A DNA stretch of 24,000 nucleotides from an uncultured Eggerthellaceae bacterium (lineage in GTDB: Bacteria; Actinomycetota; Coriobacteriia; Coriobacteriales; Eggerthellaceae), in assembly GCA_947566075.1 (NCBI GenBank), contig CANOIM010000010.1:52187-76186 (forward strand), written 5' to 3'. Positions 5,788-13,472 of this stretch are shown piece by piece. The notes below the pieces were generated by a model. It ran no database searches. It was not told where the DNA came from and was given only the letters and a program-made list of their open reading frames with translations. The position numbers were made by a program, and so were the translations under genes. Numbering within the stretch: position 1 is the first letter of the stretch; each line of letters begins with the position of its first letter.

Positions 5788-8700
5788 TCAAGATGCTTTG
5801 GTGCGAAGCGCATCCTCCAGCTTCTGGGACAGCACCTTCGTCACCCCGTCCGCCTGCATGGAAACGCCGAAGAGCACATCGGCCATCTCCATGGTGCGAC
5901 GCTGATGGGTGATCATGATGAGCTGAGTGGTGGCGCGCATATGATCGATATAGCTGGTCAAGCGCCGCAGGTTGGAATCATCCAAAGCTGCCTCCACCTC
6001 ATCCAAGATGTAGAAGGGGGTGGCGCGGGTCTTGTACAGAGCGAACAGGAGCGCCAAGGCCGTCAATGATTTCTCGCCACCGGACATGAGCGACATCTTG
6101 GTGATGCGCTTGCCCGCGGGCTGAGCGTTCACTTCGATGCCTGCCTCTTCTATATCCTCAGGCCTATCCAGGGAAAGATAGGCGTTGCCACCGGGGAAGA
6201 GGGCCGAGAATATCTCTTTGAAGTTCTCGTTCACCTCTTCGAAGGTGCGCGCGAAATCATCCTTCATCCGTTCTTCGATGACGCGGTTGATGCGGTTCAA
6301 GGAACGAGCAGCGCTGCGCAGGTCAGCCAGCTGAGACTGAAGGTAATCATGGCGCACCTTGAGCTCTTCGTATTCCTGGGCCGCATCAGGGTTGATGGTC
6401 CCCAGATTGGAGATGCGCCGGGTCAGGCGGAAGGATTCCTCTTCCATGAGGGAGCGATCCTCCGGGGCCGGGGTGAGCAACGCGCGCTCAAGGGGGACCT
6501 GGCAATCTTCGGTGATGACGGTGACGGCAGCCTGGACCTGCATCTCTGCCCGCGCCTTATCCACGCGGATGGCAGCCAGCGCCTCAGAGGCACCGTCGTA
6601 GGCATCCTGAGCCTGGCGGGCTGCCTCCCGCAGCTGCTGCATCTGAGCGTGGAGGGAATCCGTAGAGCTCTTCGCAGAGGTGGAGGCATCCTCAAGGGCG
6701 CTCATGGTGCGCCGAGCCGCCTGGGCTATGATGTCAAGAAGGGAGAGGACCGGCTCGAGCCTGCGGGCGCTCACCTGCTTCACGGCCAAGACCTTCCCAT
6801 CCTCTTCCCGGCTGGCCTGAAGGCTTTCCAATTCAGCTAACGCACCCTGGATGACCCGCTCTGAATAGGTGCTCCGCTCTGCCAGCTTCGCTGATTCCAA
6901 GCGAGCCTCTGCTAGCTTCGCCGATGCCTCTTCCAGCTCTTCCCGCTCAGGAGCCATCTGCGCTTCTAGCTGTTCTAGAGTAGAGCGGCCCTCAGCTACC
7001 TGAGAAGCTATCTGCGCCAGACGGGATTCCATTTGCTGGATATCCGGCAGCGTGGCTTGAGCCGTACCGCTCTCTTCCTGGAGCGTCTTCTCCAGAGCTT
7101 CCAGCTCCCGCGTGATGGAGGAGAGCTTCTGGGCAGCAGCATCAGCGGCCTGACGAGCCCCTTGAGCGCTTCCCTTGAGGGAAGCGAGCTTCTCCTTGAG
7201 GTCAAGGCTCTCCGTTTGGGCTCGCATGAGAGCCTTCTCAGCCTGCTCTGCCTCAAGGGAGGCGCGAACAGTGGAGGCTTTCGCCTGCTCCAAGGAGGCC
7301 TTGAGCTCTTCGATGCGGCGAAGGCGGGAGAGCACACCGGATTCCGATCCCTTAGCCCGAGCGTTCAACATCACCTTCCCACTGGGGAAGACGATGTCTC
7401 CTTCGGGGGTGGCAAAGCGCAGGGCCGTCCTGTCTTCAGCATGGGAGAGGAGCGCCTCTTCCAGGCTGGAGCAGAGGATGACATCTCCCAGCAGGGAGGC
7501 GACGACCGTTCGCTCTTCAGGGGCGACGGTCAATCGGTCCAAGAGCCGCTCCCCCCTCGGCGCAGCGGCCCCCGCATCAGCCAAGACAGAGCGCGCTTGG
7601 GAGCCATCTTGAGCCATGAGCAAGGCTACGGATCCCGCCTCGTCTTCCCTGACAGCAGCTGAGGCTACCTCCACCTCAGCCGCCCCTTCCACCACAAGAG
7701 CGGAGAGGTCAGCAGAGAGGAGCGCTTCCACGAGCGGCTCAAGTTCCTTCGGGGCCTTCACCAGATGGGAGAGCAAGCGCGGAGGGCGCCCCTTCTCTTC
7801 CAGAGCTTGAGCCGCCAGCTTGGGAGCCCCTGAGGCTGCCGCTCCCTCTGCCGCCTCTATCTGCTCAAGCGCCTCGATCTGGGTCAGGAGAGACTGCTCT
7901 TGAGCTGCCGCTTCATCAGCGGCACGACGGGCCTCTTCTCGCGCCTGCATGCAGCTGCCCACCAGCGTGCGAGCCCCCTTCTCCTGCTCATCCAGGGCAG
8001 CCAAGGCTTCCTCTTCAGCCTGAGCCTCTGCCTGAGCGATGCGCGCATCGGCGGAGAGGCGGTCTATCTGAACGGTCAGTTCGGCTTTGCGGCCCTCGAT
8101 GACCTTGATCTGCGCGTTGCTATTGGCCAGCTGCTCTTTCGCCCGAGCCAGCTTATCCCGAAGGGTGCGATCCTCGCTCTCAAGAGCGGAGATGGAATCC
8201 GTTGCCTCCTTCGAACGCTTCTGAGCCTGAGCGATGGAATCAGAGAGCGCAGCCACCTGCTTGGACAACCCATCTACGCGCCCTTGGGCCTCTTCGGCAG
8301 CAGCCTTATCCTCCTGGGCTTGCCCTTGGGTGCTAAGGAGCTTGGCTTGGGCGCGCTCTAGGGCCCCCGCGGACTGCTGGATGCGCACCTCCAGCTCTGA
8401 AGCGCGAGCCAGGGCAGCCCGACGACGGTCGCGCATGAGCAAAGAGGTGGAATCAAGCCGCTCTGCGGCGGCAGTGATCTGTTGATAGCTCTTCGACAGT
8501 TGACTGGCATCCAAGCTATCTTCCCGAATGCGCTCTTGGAGCTTCGAGAGCTCCCCGTCAAGCTCTTGGATGCGTCCGTGGCGGGCCTGGCACTGCTCTT
8601 CTGCCATGGCTTCGCGTTCGGTGATGCGCCCATGTTCCGCCTTCAGGGAACGCAGGTCATCCACTGCTAGCACCAGCTTGATCTGGGCCAATTCCTCAGA

Positions 8701-9354
8701 GAGCTCAGCATGCTTGAGGGCCCGCTTGGCCTTGCGTTCTAGTGGCCCCAGTTGACGGGACACCTCTCCGGCTATATCTCCCACCCGATCAACGTGGGCG
8801 CTCATGCGCTCCAGCTTGCGCGCGCTCTTGGCCATGCGCTGCTTATGCTTGAGCACCCCTGCCGCCTCTTCGATGAGAGCGCGGCGGTCTTCGGGCTTGG
8901 ACTGGAGGACAGAATCCAGCGCGCCCTGGGAGATGATGGAATGGGTACCAGAACCCAGTCCCGAATCATGGAGGATCTCAAGCACGTCCATGCGCCGTGA
9001 CACCACGCCATTGATGAGGTATTCGCTCTCACCTGAGCGATACATCCGGCGGGCGATGGAGACCTCGTCGAAGTCAACAGGGAGGGTGCGGTCAGAATTG
9101 TCCAGCACGAGCTCTACCTCAGCCACCGAGGTGGGCTTGCGGGCCGAAGAGCCTGAGAAGATGACGTCTTCCATAGCCTGGCCGCGGAGGTTCTTGGCGT
9201 TGCGCTCTCCTAGGACCCAGAGCACCGCATCAGATATGTTGGACTTGCCAGAGCCATTGGGCCCTACCACCGCAGTGATGCCCGGCTCCAACCGGAGCGT
9301 CACCTTATCAGCGAAGGATTTGAACCCGCGAAGGGAGAGCGTCTTCAAGAACAT
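5788..9354 (-). CDS. smc: Chromosome partition protein Smc
   Basis: 1188 aa. N-terminal Walker A GPNGSGKSN, long coiled-coil arms, C-terminal signature LSGGEKSLTALALLFA and Walker B FYILDEVEAALD. Confidence 0.97.
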   Translation of the reverse strand: MFLKTLSLRGFKSFADKVTLRLEPGITAVVGPNGSGKSNISDAVLWVLGERNAKNLRGQAMEDVIFSGSSARKPTSVAEVELVLDNSDRTLPVDFDEVSIARRMYRSGESEYLINGVVSRRMDVLEILHDSGLGSGTHSIISQGALDSVLQSKPEDRRALIEEAAGVLKHKQRMAKSARKLERMSAHVDRVGDIAGEVSRQLGPLERKAKRALKHAELSEELAQIKLVLAVDDLRSLKAEHGRITEREAMAEEQCQARHGRIQELDGELSKLQERIREDSLDASQLSKSYQQITAAAERLDSTSLLMRDRRRAALARASELEVRIQQSAGALERAQAKLLSTQGQAQEDKAAAEEAQGRVDGLSKQVAALSDSIAQAQKRSKEATDSISALESEDRTLRDKLARAKEQLANSNAQIKVIEGRKAELTVQIDRLSADARIAQAEAQAEEEALAALDEQEKGARTLVGSCMQAREEARRAADEAAAQEQSLLTQIEALEQIEAAEGAAASGAPKLAAQALEEKGRPPRLLSHLVKAPKELEPLVEALLSADLSALVVEGAAEVEVASAAVREDEAGSVALLMAQDGSQARSVLADAGAAAPRGERLLDRLTVAPEERTVVASLLGDVILCSSLEEALLSHAEDRTALRFATPEGDIVFPSGKVMLNARAKGSESGVLSRLRRIEELKASLEQAKASTVRASLEAEQAEKALMRAQTESLDLKEKLASLKGSAQGARQAADAAAQKLSSITRELEALEKTLQEESGTAQATLPDIQQMESRLAQIASQVAEGRSTLEQLEAQMAPEREELEEASAKLAEARLESAKLAERSTYSERVIQGALAELESLQASREEDGKVLAVKQVSARRLEPVLSLLDIIAQAARRTMSALEDASTSAKSSTDSLHAQMQQLREAARQAQDAYDGASEALAAIRVDKARAEMQVQAAVTVITEDCQVPLERALLTPAPEDRSLMEEESFRLTRRISNLGTINPDAAQEYEELKVRHDYLQSQLADLRSAARSLNRINRVIEERMKDDFARTFEEVNENFKEIFSALFPGGNAYLSLDRPEDIEEAGIEVNAQPAGKRITKMSLMSGGEKSLTALALLFALYKTRATPFYILDEVEAALDDSNLRRLTSYIDHMRATTQLIMITHQRRTMEMADVLFGVSMQADGVTKVLSQKLEDALRTKAS

Positions 9355-9357
9355 GGG

Positions 9358-10248
9358 CTAACCCTGCTTCTTCTTGGCGGCCTCTTTCGCCATCTTCTGC
9401 TCTTTGCGCTCCTGGACCCGCGCTTCCTTGGCGCGCCGATAGGCTTCATCCCGTTCTGCCTTGGCAGCAGCCTTATCCGCCTTGGCGCGCTTGGCGGAAT
9501 CAGCCTTGGCACGGCGGGCATCCTCGTCCAAGCCCAGCCCGAAGAACTCTCCCAACCGGGCAAGGGTTGATTTGGCCGCCTGGCTCTCAGCCTCCTTCTT
9601 CGTGCGTCCGCTTCCCTGGGCCAGGGCATGATCGCCTGCGTAGACCTGGGAGATGAACGTACGGTCATGGGGAGGCCCTTGGGTCTCTACCAGCTTGTAA
9701 GTGGGGGTGATGCCATCCACCTGGAGCTTCTCCTGCAACGCGCTCTTCGGGTTCTCCGGTTCGCGGGCAAGGTCGATGGACATGCGCGGCACCAAGGTGC
9801 GTTCCACGAAGGCCTTGGCGCACTGGATGCCGCCATCCAGGAACAACGCTGCCACCACGGCTTCGTAGACGTTCTCCAAAGCCGAATGGAGCCCCCGACG
9901 GCCCGTGCCCGTCTCTGAGGAGCCGAACACGATGATGTCTGCGAAGCCTAGGTCAGCCGCCACCTCCGAGAGGCTGGAACCAGACACCAGGGACACCTTG
10001 ATGCGCGTCAGACCGCCCTCATCCAAGTTGGGATAGCGATGGAAGGCGATGGATGCAACGATGGCCCCCAGGATGGAATCTCCCAAAAATTCCAAGCGCT
10101 CATAGGAGAACTTGACGGACTTGCCCTCCGTTGCGGAAGGATGGGTGATGGCAGCCAAGATGAGGGAGCTGTCTTCGAACTGGTGCTCCACAGCATCCTG
10201 GGCGAGGGAGAGCTTCTCCTCTTGTTCAGGGGTCAAGGCCACGCTCAT
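9358..10248 (-). CDS. rnc: Ribonuclease III with a Lys/Ala/Glu-rich C-terminal tail
   Basis: 296 aa. Catalytic signature ERLEFLGDSILG, and a dsRBD ending near ...AAKSTLARLGEF. The stop codon lies 3 nt from the smc start. Confidence 0.95.
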   Translation of the reverse strand: MSVALTPEQEEKLSLAQDAVEHQFEDSSLILAAITHPSATEGKSVKFSYERLEFLGDSILGAIVASIAFHRYPNLDEGGLTRIKVSLVSGSSLSEVAADLGFADIIVFGSSETGTGRRGLHSALENVYEAVVAALFLDGGIQCAKAFVERTLVPRMSIDLAREPENPKSALQEKLQVDGITPTYKLVETQGPPHDRTFISQVYAGDHALAQGSGRTKKEAESQAAKSTLARLGEFFGLGLDEDARRAKADSAKRAKADKAAAKAERDEAYRRAKEARVQERKEQKMAKEAAKKKQG

Positions 10249-11267
10249 TCCCCTTCCCCCGCTGGGGCAGAGGGAGCGAAGGCCTCAGCCACTTTCCGGG
10301 AGACCCCTTCGCGCACCTGGGCGGCCCCCGCCAAGATGCCGTTCTTGATGGCCTGGGCATTGGAAGACCCGTGCCCCACGATGCAGGTGCCCTTCACCCC
10401 CAGAAGCGGTGAGCCGCCATAGCGGTCAGGATCCAGTTCGGCTTTCAACTCTGAGAGGCTGCCTTTGACCAGAAGCGCCCCGAGCTTCGCCGACAGGCTT
10501 GAGGTGAGCGCTCCTTTGAGATGTTTGAAGATGAGCTTGGAGGTGCCCTCGATGGTCTTCAGGCACACATTGCCCGTGAAGCCATCGGTCACCACCACAT
10601 CGAACGCCCCCGCTACCAGATCTCCCCCTTCGCAGTTGCCCGCGAACTCAGGGACCTGGGCCGTGAGAGCTGCGTGGGCCTCAAGGGCGAAGGATGATCC
10701 TTTGGTGTCCTCTTCGCCGATGTTCAAGAGCCCCACCCGCGGCGTGGACACGCCTAAGACGGACTGCATGTAGATGACGCCCATCTGAGCGAATTGAGCT
10801 AGGTAATCCGCCTTGCAATCAGCGTTGGCCCCCACATCCACCAAGAAGACGGGACGGTCATAGGCAGGGATGATGACGCCCAAGGCCGGGCGCTTCACGC
10901 CTTTGGCGCGCCCCATGATGAGGGTGGCGGCGGTGAGGCAAGCACCAGTGGAGCCTGCCGAGAAGAAGCCCTGGGCCTTCCCTTCGCGTACCAGGGTGCA
11001 GCCGCGCACGATGGAGGAATCCTTCTTCGTGCGCACGGCCTGAGCGGGATGCTCAGCCATGGAGATGACCTGGGTGGTGGGCACCGGCGTGCAATGGTCT
11101 GTATCCCGACAGAGGGGCGTGATGGCCGCCTCTTCGCCGCAGAGGAGGACGCGCAGCTCAGGATCAGCCTCAAGGGCGAGCCGTGTGCCTTCTATAACGA
11201 CGTTGGGGGCGTTGTCGCCCCCCATAGCGTCTACTGATACTGTTACCGGTGCAGCCAAAAGAGCCAT
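10245..11267 (-). CDS. plsX: Phosphate acyltransferase PlsX
   Basis: 340 aa. N-terminal VDAMGGDNAP and TDGFTGN motifs. The stop overlaps the rnc start (ATGA). Confidence 0.95.
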   Translation of the reverse strand: MALLAAPVTVSVDAMGGDNAPNVVIEGTRLALEADPELRVLLCGEEAAITPLCRDTDHCTPVPTTQVISMAEHPAQAVRTKKDSSIVRGCTLVREGKAQGFFSAGSTGACLTAATLIMGRAKGVKRPALGVIIPAYDRPVFLVDVGANADCKADYLAQFAQMGVIYMQSVLGVSTPRVGLLNIGEEDTKGSSFALEAHAALTAQVPEFAGNCEGGDLVAGAFDVVVTDGFTGNVCLKTIEGTSKLIFKHLKGALTSSLSAKLGALLVKGSLSELKAELDPDRYGGSPLLGVKGTCIVGHGSSNAQAIKNGILAGAAQVREGVSRKVAEAFAPSAPAGEGE

Positions 11268-11304
11268 CTCCGAAGAAGCTATCGCAGCCTTGGGATGGGA
11301 GAGG

Positions 11305-11484
11305 CTAGTCGGTCTCTACCACTTCGCGGTCCTTGTAGAAGCCGCAGTTAGGGCACACCCTGTGCGGAAGCTTCACCTCGCCGCACTGGGGACAGGTGGA
11401 CCGGGACGGAGTTGCGATCTTGTCATGGAGGCTGCGACGCCTGTGGGTGCGGATGCGACCCATCTTCTGCTTAGGTACTGCCAT
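11305..11484 (-). CDS. rpmF: 50S ribosomal protein L32 (zinc-ribbon, C+ form)
   Basis: Not in the ORF track because it is 59 aa. My translation is MAVPKQKMGRIRTHRRRSLHDKIATPSRSTCPQCGEVKLPHRVCPNCGFYKDREVVETD*. AAGGAG lies 9 nt upstream of the ATG at 11484. It sits in the classic position downstream of DUF177. Confidence 0.9.
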   Translation of the reverse strand: MAVPKQKMGRIRTHRRRSLHDKIATPSRSTCPQCGEVKLPHRVCPNCGFYKDREVVETD

Positions 11485-11569
11485 GTTCTCATGCTCCTTT
11501 TTCCTTCAGCCGGGACACTTCCATGAGCTACGCGCCCCTGCATGTTCGCTTGTTCACACGCGACGTTTA

Positions 11570-11598
11570 ATTCTAGCAAAGCATCAGTGCCGGTTCAA
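11570..11598 (-). promoter_or_regulatory. Putative rpmF promoter
   Basis: Minus-strand TTGAAC (11598-11593), 17-nt spacer, TAGAAT (11575-11570). This predicts a leader of about 80 nt before rpmF. Confidence 0.5.
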
Positions 11599-11658
11599 GG
11601 AGATTCAGCGCAATGGGAGCATCCCCAAGCTCTTCGGCCTAAAAGCTTGCAGCGCTTC

Positions 11659-12204
11659 CTAGGAAAGATCCAGGTCCTTCAGGATGGCGAAGGGATTCGC
11701 GGCATCAGCGAAACCGTCCTCCTCAGTACAGTTGCACTCCCCTTCATTCAGGTTGCAGCCGCACTGGGGGCAGATGCCCTTGCACCCCTCTTGGCAAAGC
11801 GGCTGAGCGGGCGCATCCAAGAGCAATCCCTGCAGGATGAGCGGGGTCAGGTCTATGTCATGATCCTCAGGCAACAGGCTGAACTCATCTTCCTCCAGCT
11901 CATCGTCGTGGCCTTCGGCGGATATCACGAAGTACCCCTCTATGGCGCCGTCGAAGGAGATGGAAGCCTCTTCCAAACAGCGGGAGCAAGCACAAACGCC
12001 CTCAGCTTGCACGCTGCCACGCAGAAGCAGCGCCCCTCCGGTATTCGTGACCTCTACCTCCCAGGTGCAAGGCTCCGCGAAGCAGTACTCATCGGCTCCC
12101 ACCGTAACCACTCCCAACTCTGCCGTCCCCCGGAACGTCTGGGTCTCAGCAGGCTCGAAGAGCTCTGAGGGGATATGGATCTTCACTGGTTCCATGGCGT
12201 GCAT
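11659..12204 (-). CDS. yceD: DUF177 / YceD-family protein (23S rRNA accumulation protein)
   Basis: 181 aa. Acidic central region and the C-terminal Cys cluster CQEGCKGICPQCGCNLNEGECNC typical of the family, with conserved placement upstream of rpmF. GGAGAGGAG abuts the first ATG, so the in-frame ATG at 12195 (MEPVKIH...) is an equally good start. Confidence 0.88.
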   Translation of the reverse strand: MHAMEPVKIHIPSELFEPAETQTFRGTAELGVVTVGADEYCFAEPCTWEVEVTNTGGALLLRGSVQAEGVCACSRCLEEASISFDGAIEGYFVISAEGHDDELEEDEFSLLPEDHDIDLTPLILQGLLLDAPAQPLCQEGCKGICPQCGCNLNEGECNCTEEDGFADAANPFAILKDLDLS

Positions 12205-12275
12205 CTCCTCTCCAAGGACGAGTAAGCCGCCCGCGCAGGACGCAGACGGCTCACGAGCACCTATGTCAGATCAAG

Positions 12276-12746
12276 CTAGCGGGGATTCATGGAGTTGGAG
12301 TTCAGGCGGTCCCGAACCCGGCGAACCTGGGACAACACGTTGTCCAGGCTCTGCTCCACATGACCGAAGACCTCATCAGCGTAGTCCTCGGCACCCGCAC
12401 GCGTCTCACGCTCAAGCTCACGGGCGTCTGCCATGATGGTCTCCGCCTGCTGCTGTGAGATGCGGACGATCTCCTGTTCGGAGGCGATGGTCATGGCTTG
12501 GCTGCGCGCATCTTCGATGAGACGGTTCGCCTCATCTTCAGCATCTTCCAGAAGGGCCTGACGCTCCCGCACGATCTGGCGGGCCTGGGCGAATTCCCCC
12601 GGGAAGATATCGCGGATCTCATCCATGATCTCAAAGGCAGCAGAGATATCCACCTGCCTCATATTGCTCTTGCCGAAAACCGTCTTAGAGTCTTCCAGCA
12701 GTATGGATAGCTCCTCGAGAAGCCCCAATACTCCTGTCTCGTCCAT
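12276..12746 (-). CDS. Conserved coiled-coil protein of unknown function (156 aa)
   Basis: The start is set to ATG 12746 (MDETGVLGLLEEL...), which has a GGAAGGA SD 6 nt upstream. The ORF-track start is 12782. The sequence is strongly helical and charged. From memory it resembles a family often annotated loosely as 'ATPase / ATP synthase subunit B-like' in Firmicutes. This is unverified. Confidence 0.7.
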   Translation of the reverse strand: MDETGVLGLLEELSILLEDSKTVFGKSNMRQVDISAAFEIMDEIRDIFPGEFAQARQIVRERQALLEDAEDEANRLIEDARSQAMTIASEQEIVRISQQQAETIMADARELERETRAGAEDYADEVFGHVEQSLDNVLSQVRRVRDRLNSNSMNPR

Positions 12747-12809
12747 ATCAGTCCTTCCTTGAACGCCTTTGCGAAGGCTCACAGGCGTAAGCCCATTGCC
12801 TCAAGCGTG

Positions 12810-12849
12810 CTCTTGCGTCTGCCCATGCATAGTAGCAGACGGACAAGAG
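12810..12849 (-). promoter_or_regulatory. Imperfect 13-bp inverted repeat between rsmD and the coiled-coil gene (operator or RNA hairpin)
   Basis: CTCTTGCGTCTGC (12810-12822) pairs with GCAGACG-GA-CAAGAG (12835-12849): 13 bp with a 2-nt bulge and a 12-nt loop containing ATGCAT. It abuts the putative -10 at 12850-12855. Confidence 0.3.
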
Positions 12850-12878
12850 ATTCTAACACGGACACCCTGAAGTCACAA
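12850..12878 (-). promoter_or_regulatory. Putative promoter for the coiled-coil protein / DUF177 genes
   Basis: Minus-strand TTGTGA (12878-12873), 17-nt spacer, TGT-TAGAAT (extended -10, 12858-12850). Confidence 0.4.
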
Positions 12879-12893
12879 AGGACAGAAGTACCC

Positions 12894-13472
12894 TTAGGCG
12901 CAACGGTTCCATGACAGGTAGTCAAGAGCTGTCTTGCCATAGCGCTTCTGACGGATGAGACTGAGGCCCGCCACCTCAGGCAGGTCAGGAGATGCGACAG
13001 CTCGCTCATAGACGATGAGCGCCTCTTCGGCAAGCGCACCCTCCTGCCCCGCCCGTAGGATCAACGAAGCCACCGCTTCAGGGGCAGTAGCATAGGGCGG
13101 GTCCAACAGGAGAAGGCCATAGGGAGCGAACCTTCCCCCGATGCCCTGGGAGAGCACATCCCGACGGGAAGCATCTGTCTGGCTTTCCACCCCCAAGAGC
13201 GCCAGATTGGAGCGAACGCACTCCAAGGAGCCCTTCGCTTGGTCGAAGAACTGCACGCAGCGTGCCCCTCGGGAGAGCATCTCCAAGCCCAGGGCCCCTG
13301 ATCCCGCGAAGGCGTCACAGACCGAGATGCCCTCCAGGCTGCCGATCAAGCTGGTCACCGAACTGGCCAGCGCCTCCCGCACGCGGTCAGTGGTAGGGCG
13401 CGCCATATCAGCCGGACAGCCGATGAGCCGCCCGCCGAAGCTCCCTGCAACGATCCTCAGAGCACCGCTCAT
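12894..13472 (-). CDS. rsmD: 16S rRNA (guanine966-N2)-methyltransferase RsmD
   Basis: 192 aa. SAM-binding motif DAFAGSGALGLE and catalytic motif LLLDPPY. The start overlaps the recG stop (ATGA). Confidence 0.9.
   Translation of the reverse strand: MSGALRIVAGSFGGRLIGCPADMARPTTDRVREALASSVTSLIGSLEGISVCDAFAGSGALGLEMLSRGARCVQFFDQAKGSLECVRSNLALLGVESQTDASRRDVLSQGIGGRFAPYGLLLLDPPYATAPEAVASLILRAGQEGALAEEALIVYERAVASPDLPEVAGLSLIRQKRYGKTALDYLSWNRCA

Noticed and set aside
5742-5813. Upstream extension of the ftsY ORF (MRFAPKHLEGRLQAFSMVRSKEER)
   Set aside because: It overlaps the smc 3' end and lacks an SD. The ATG at 5741 has AAGGAGG and gives the canonical FtsY N-terminal helix.
11373-11579. 68-aa minus-strand ORF listed in the track
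   Set aside because: It is out of frame with the genuine L32 gene and overlaps it, and its sequence is Arg/Ala/Ser-rich and unlike a real protein.
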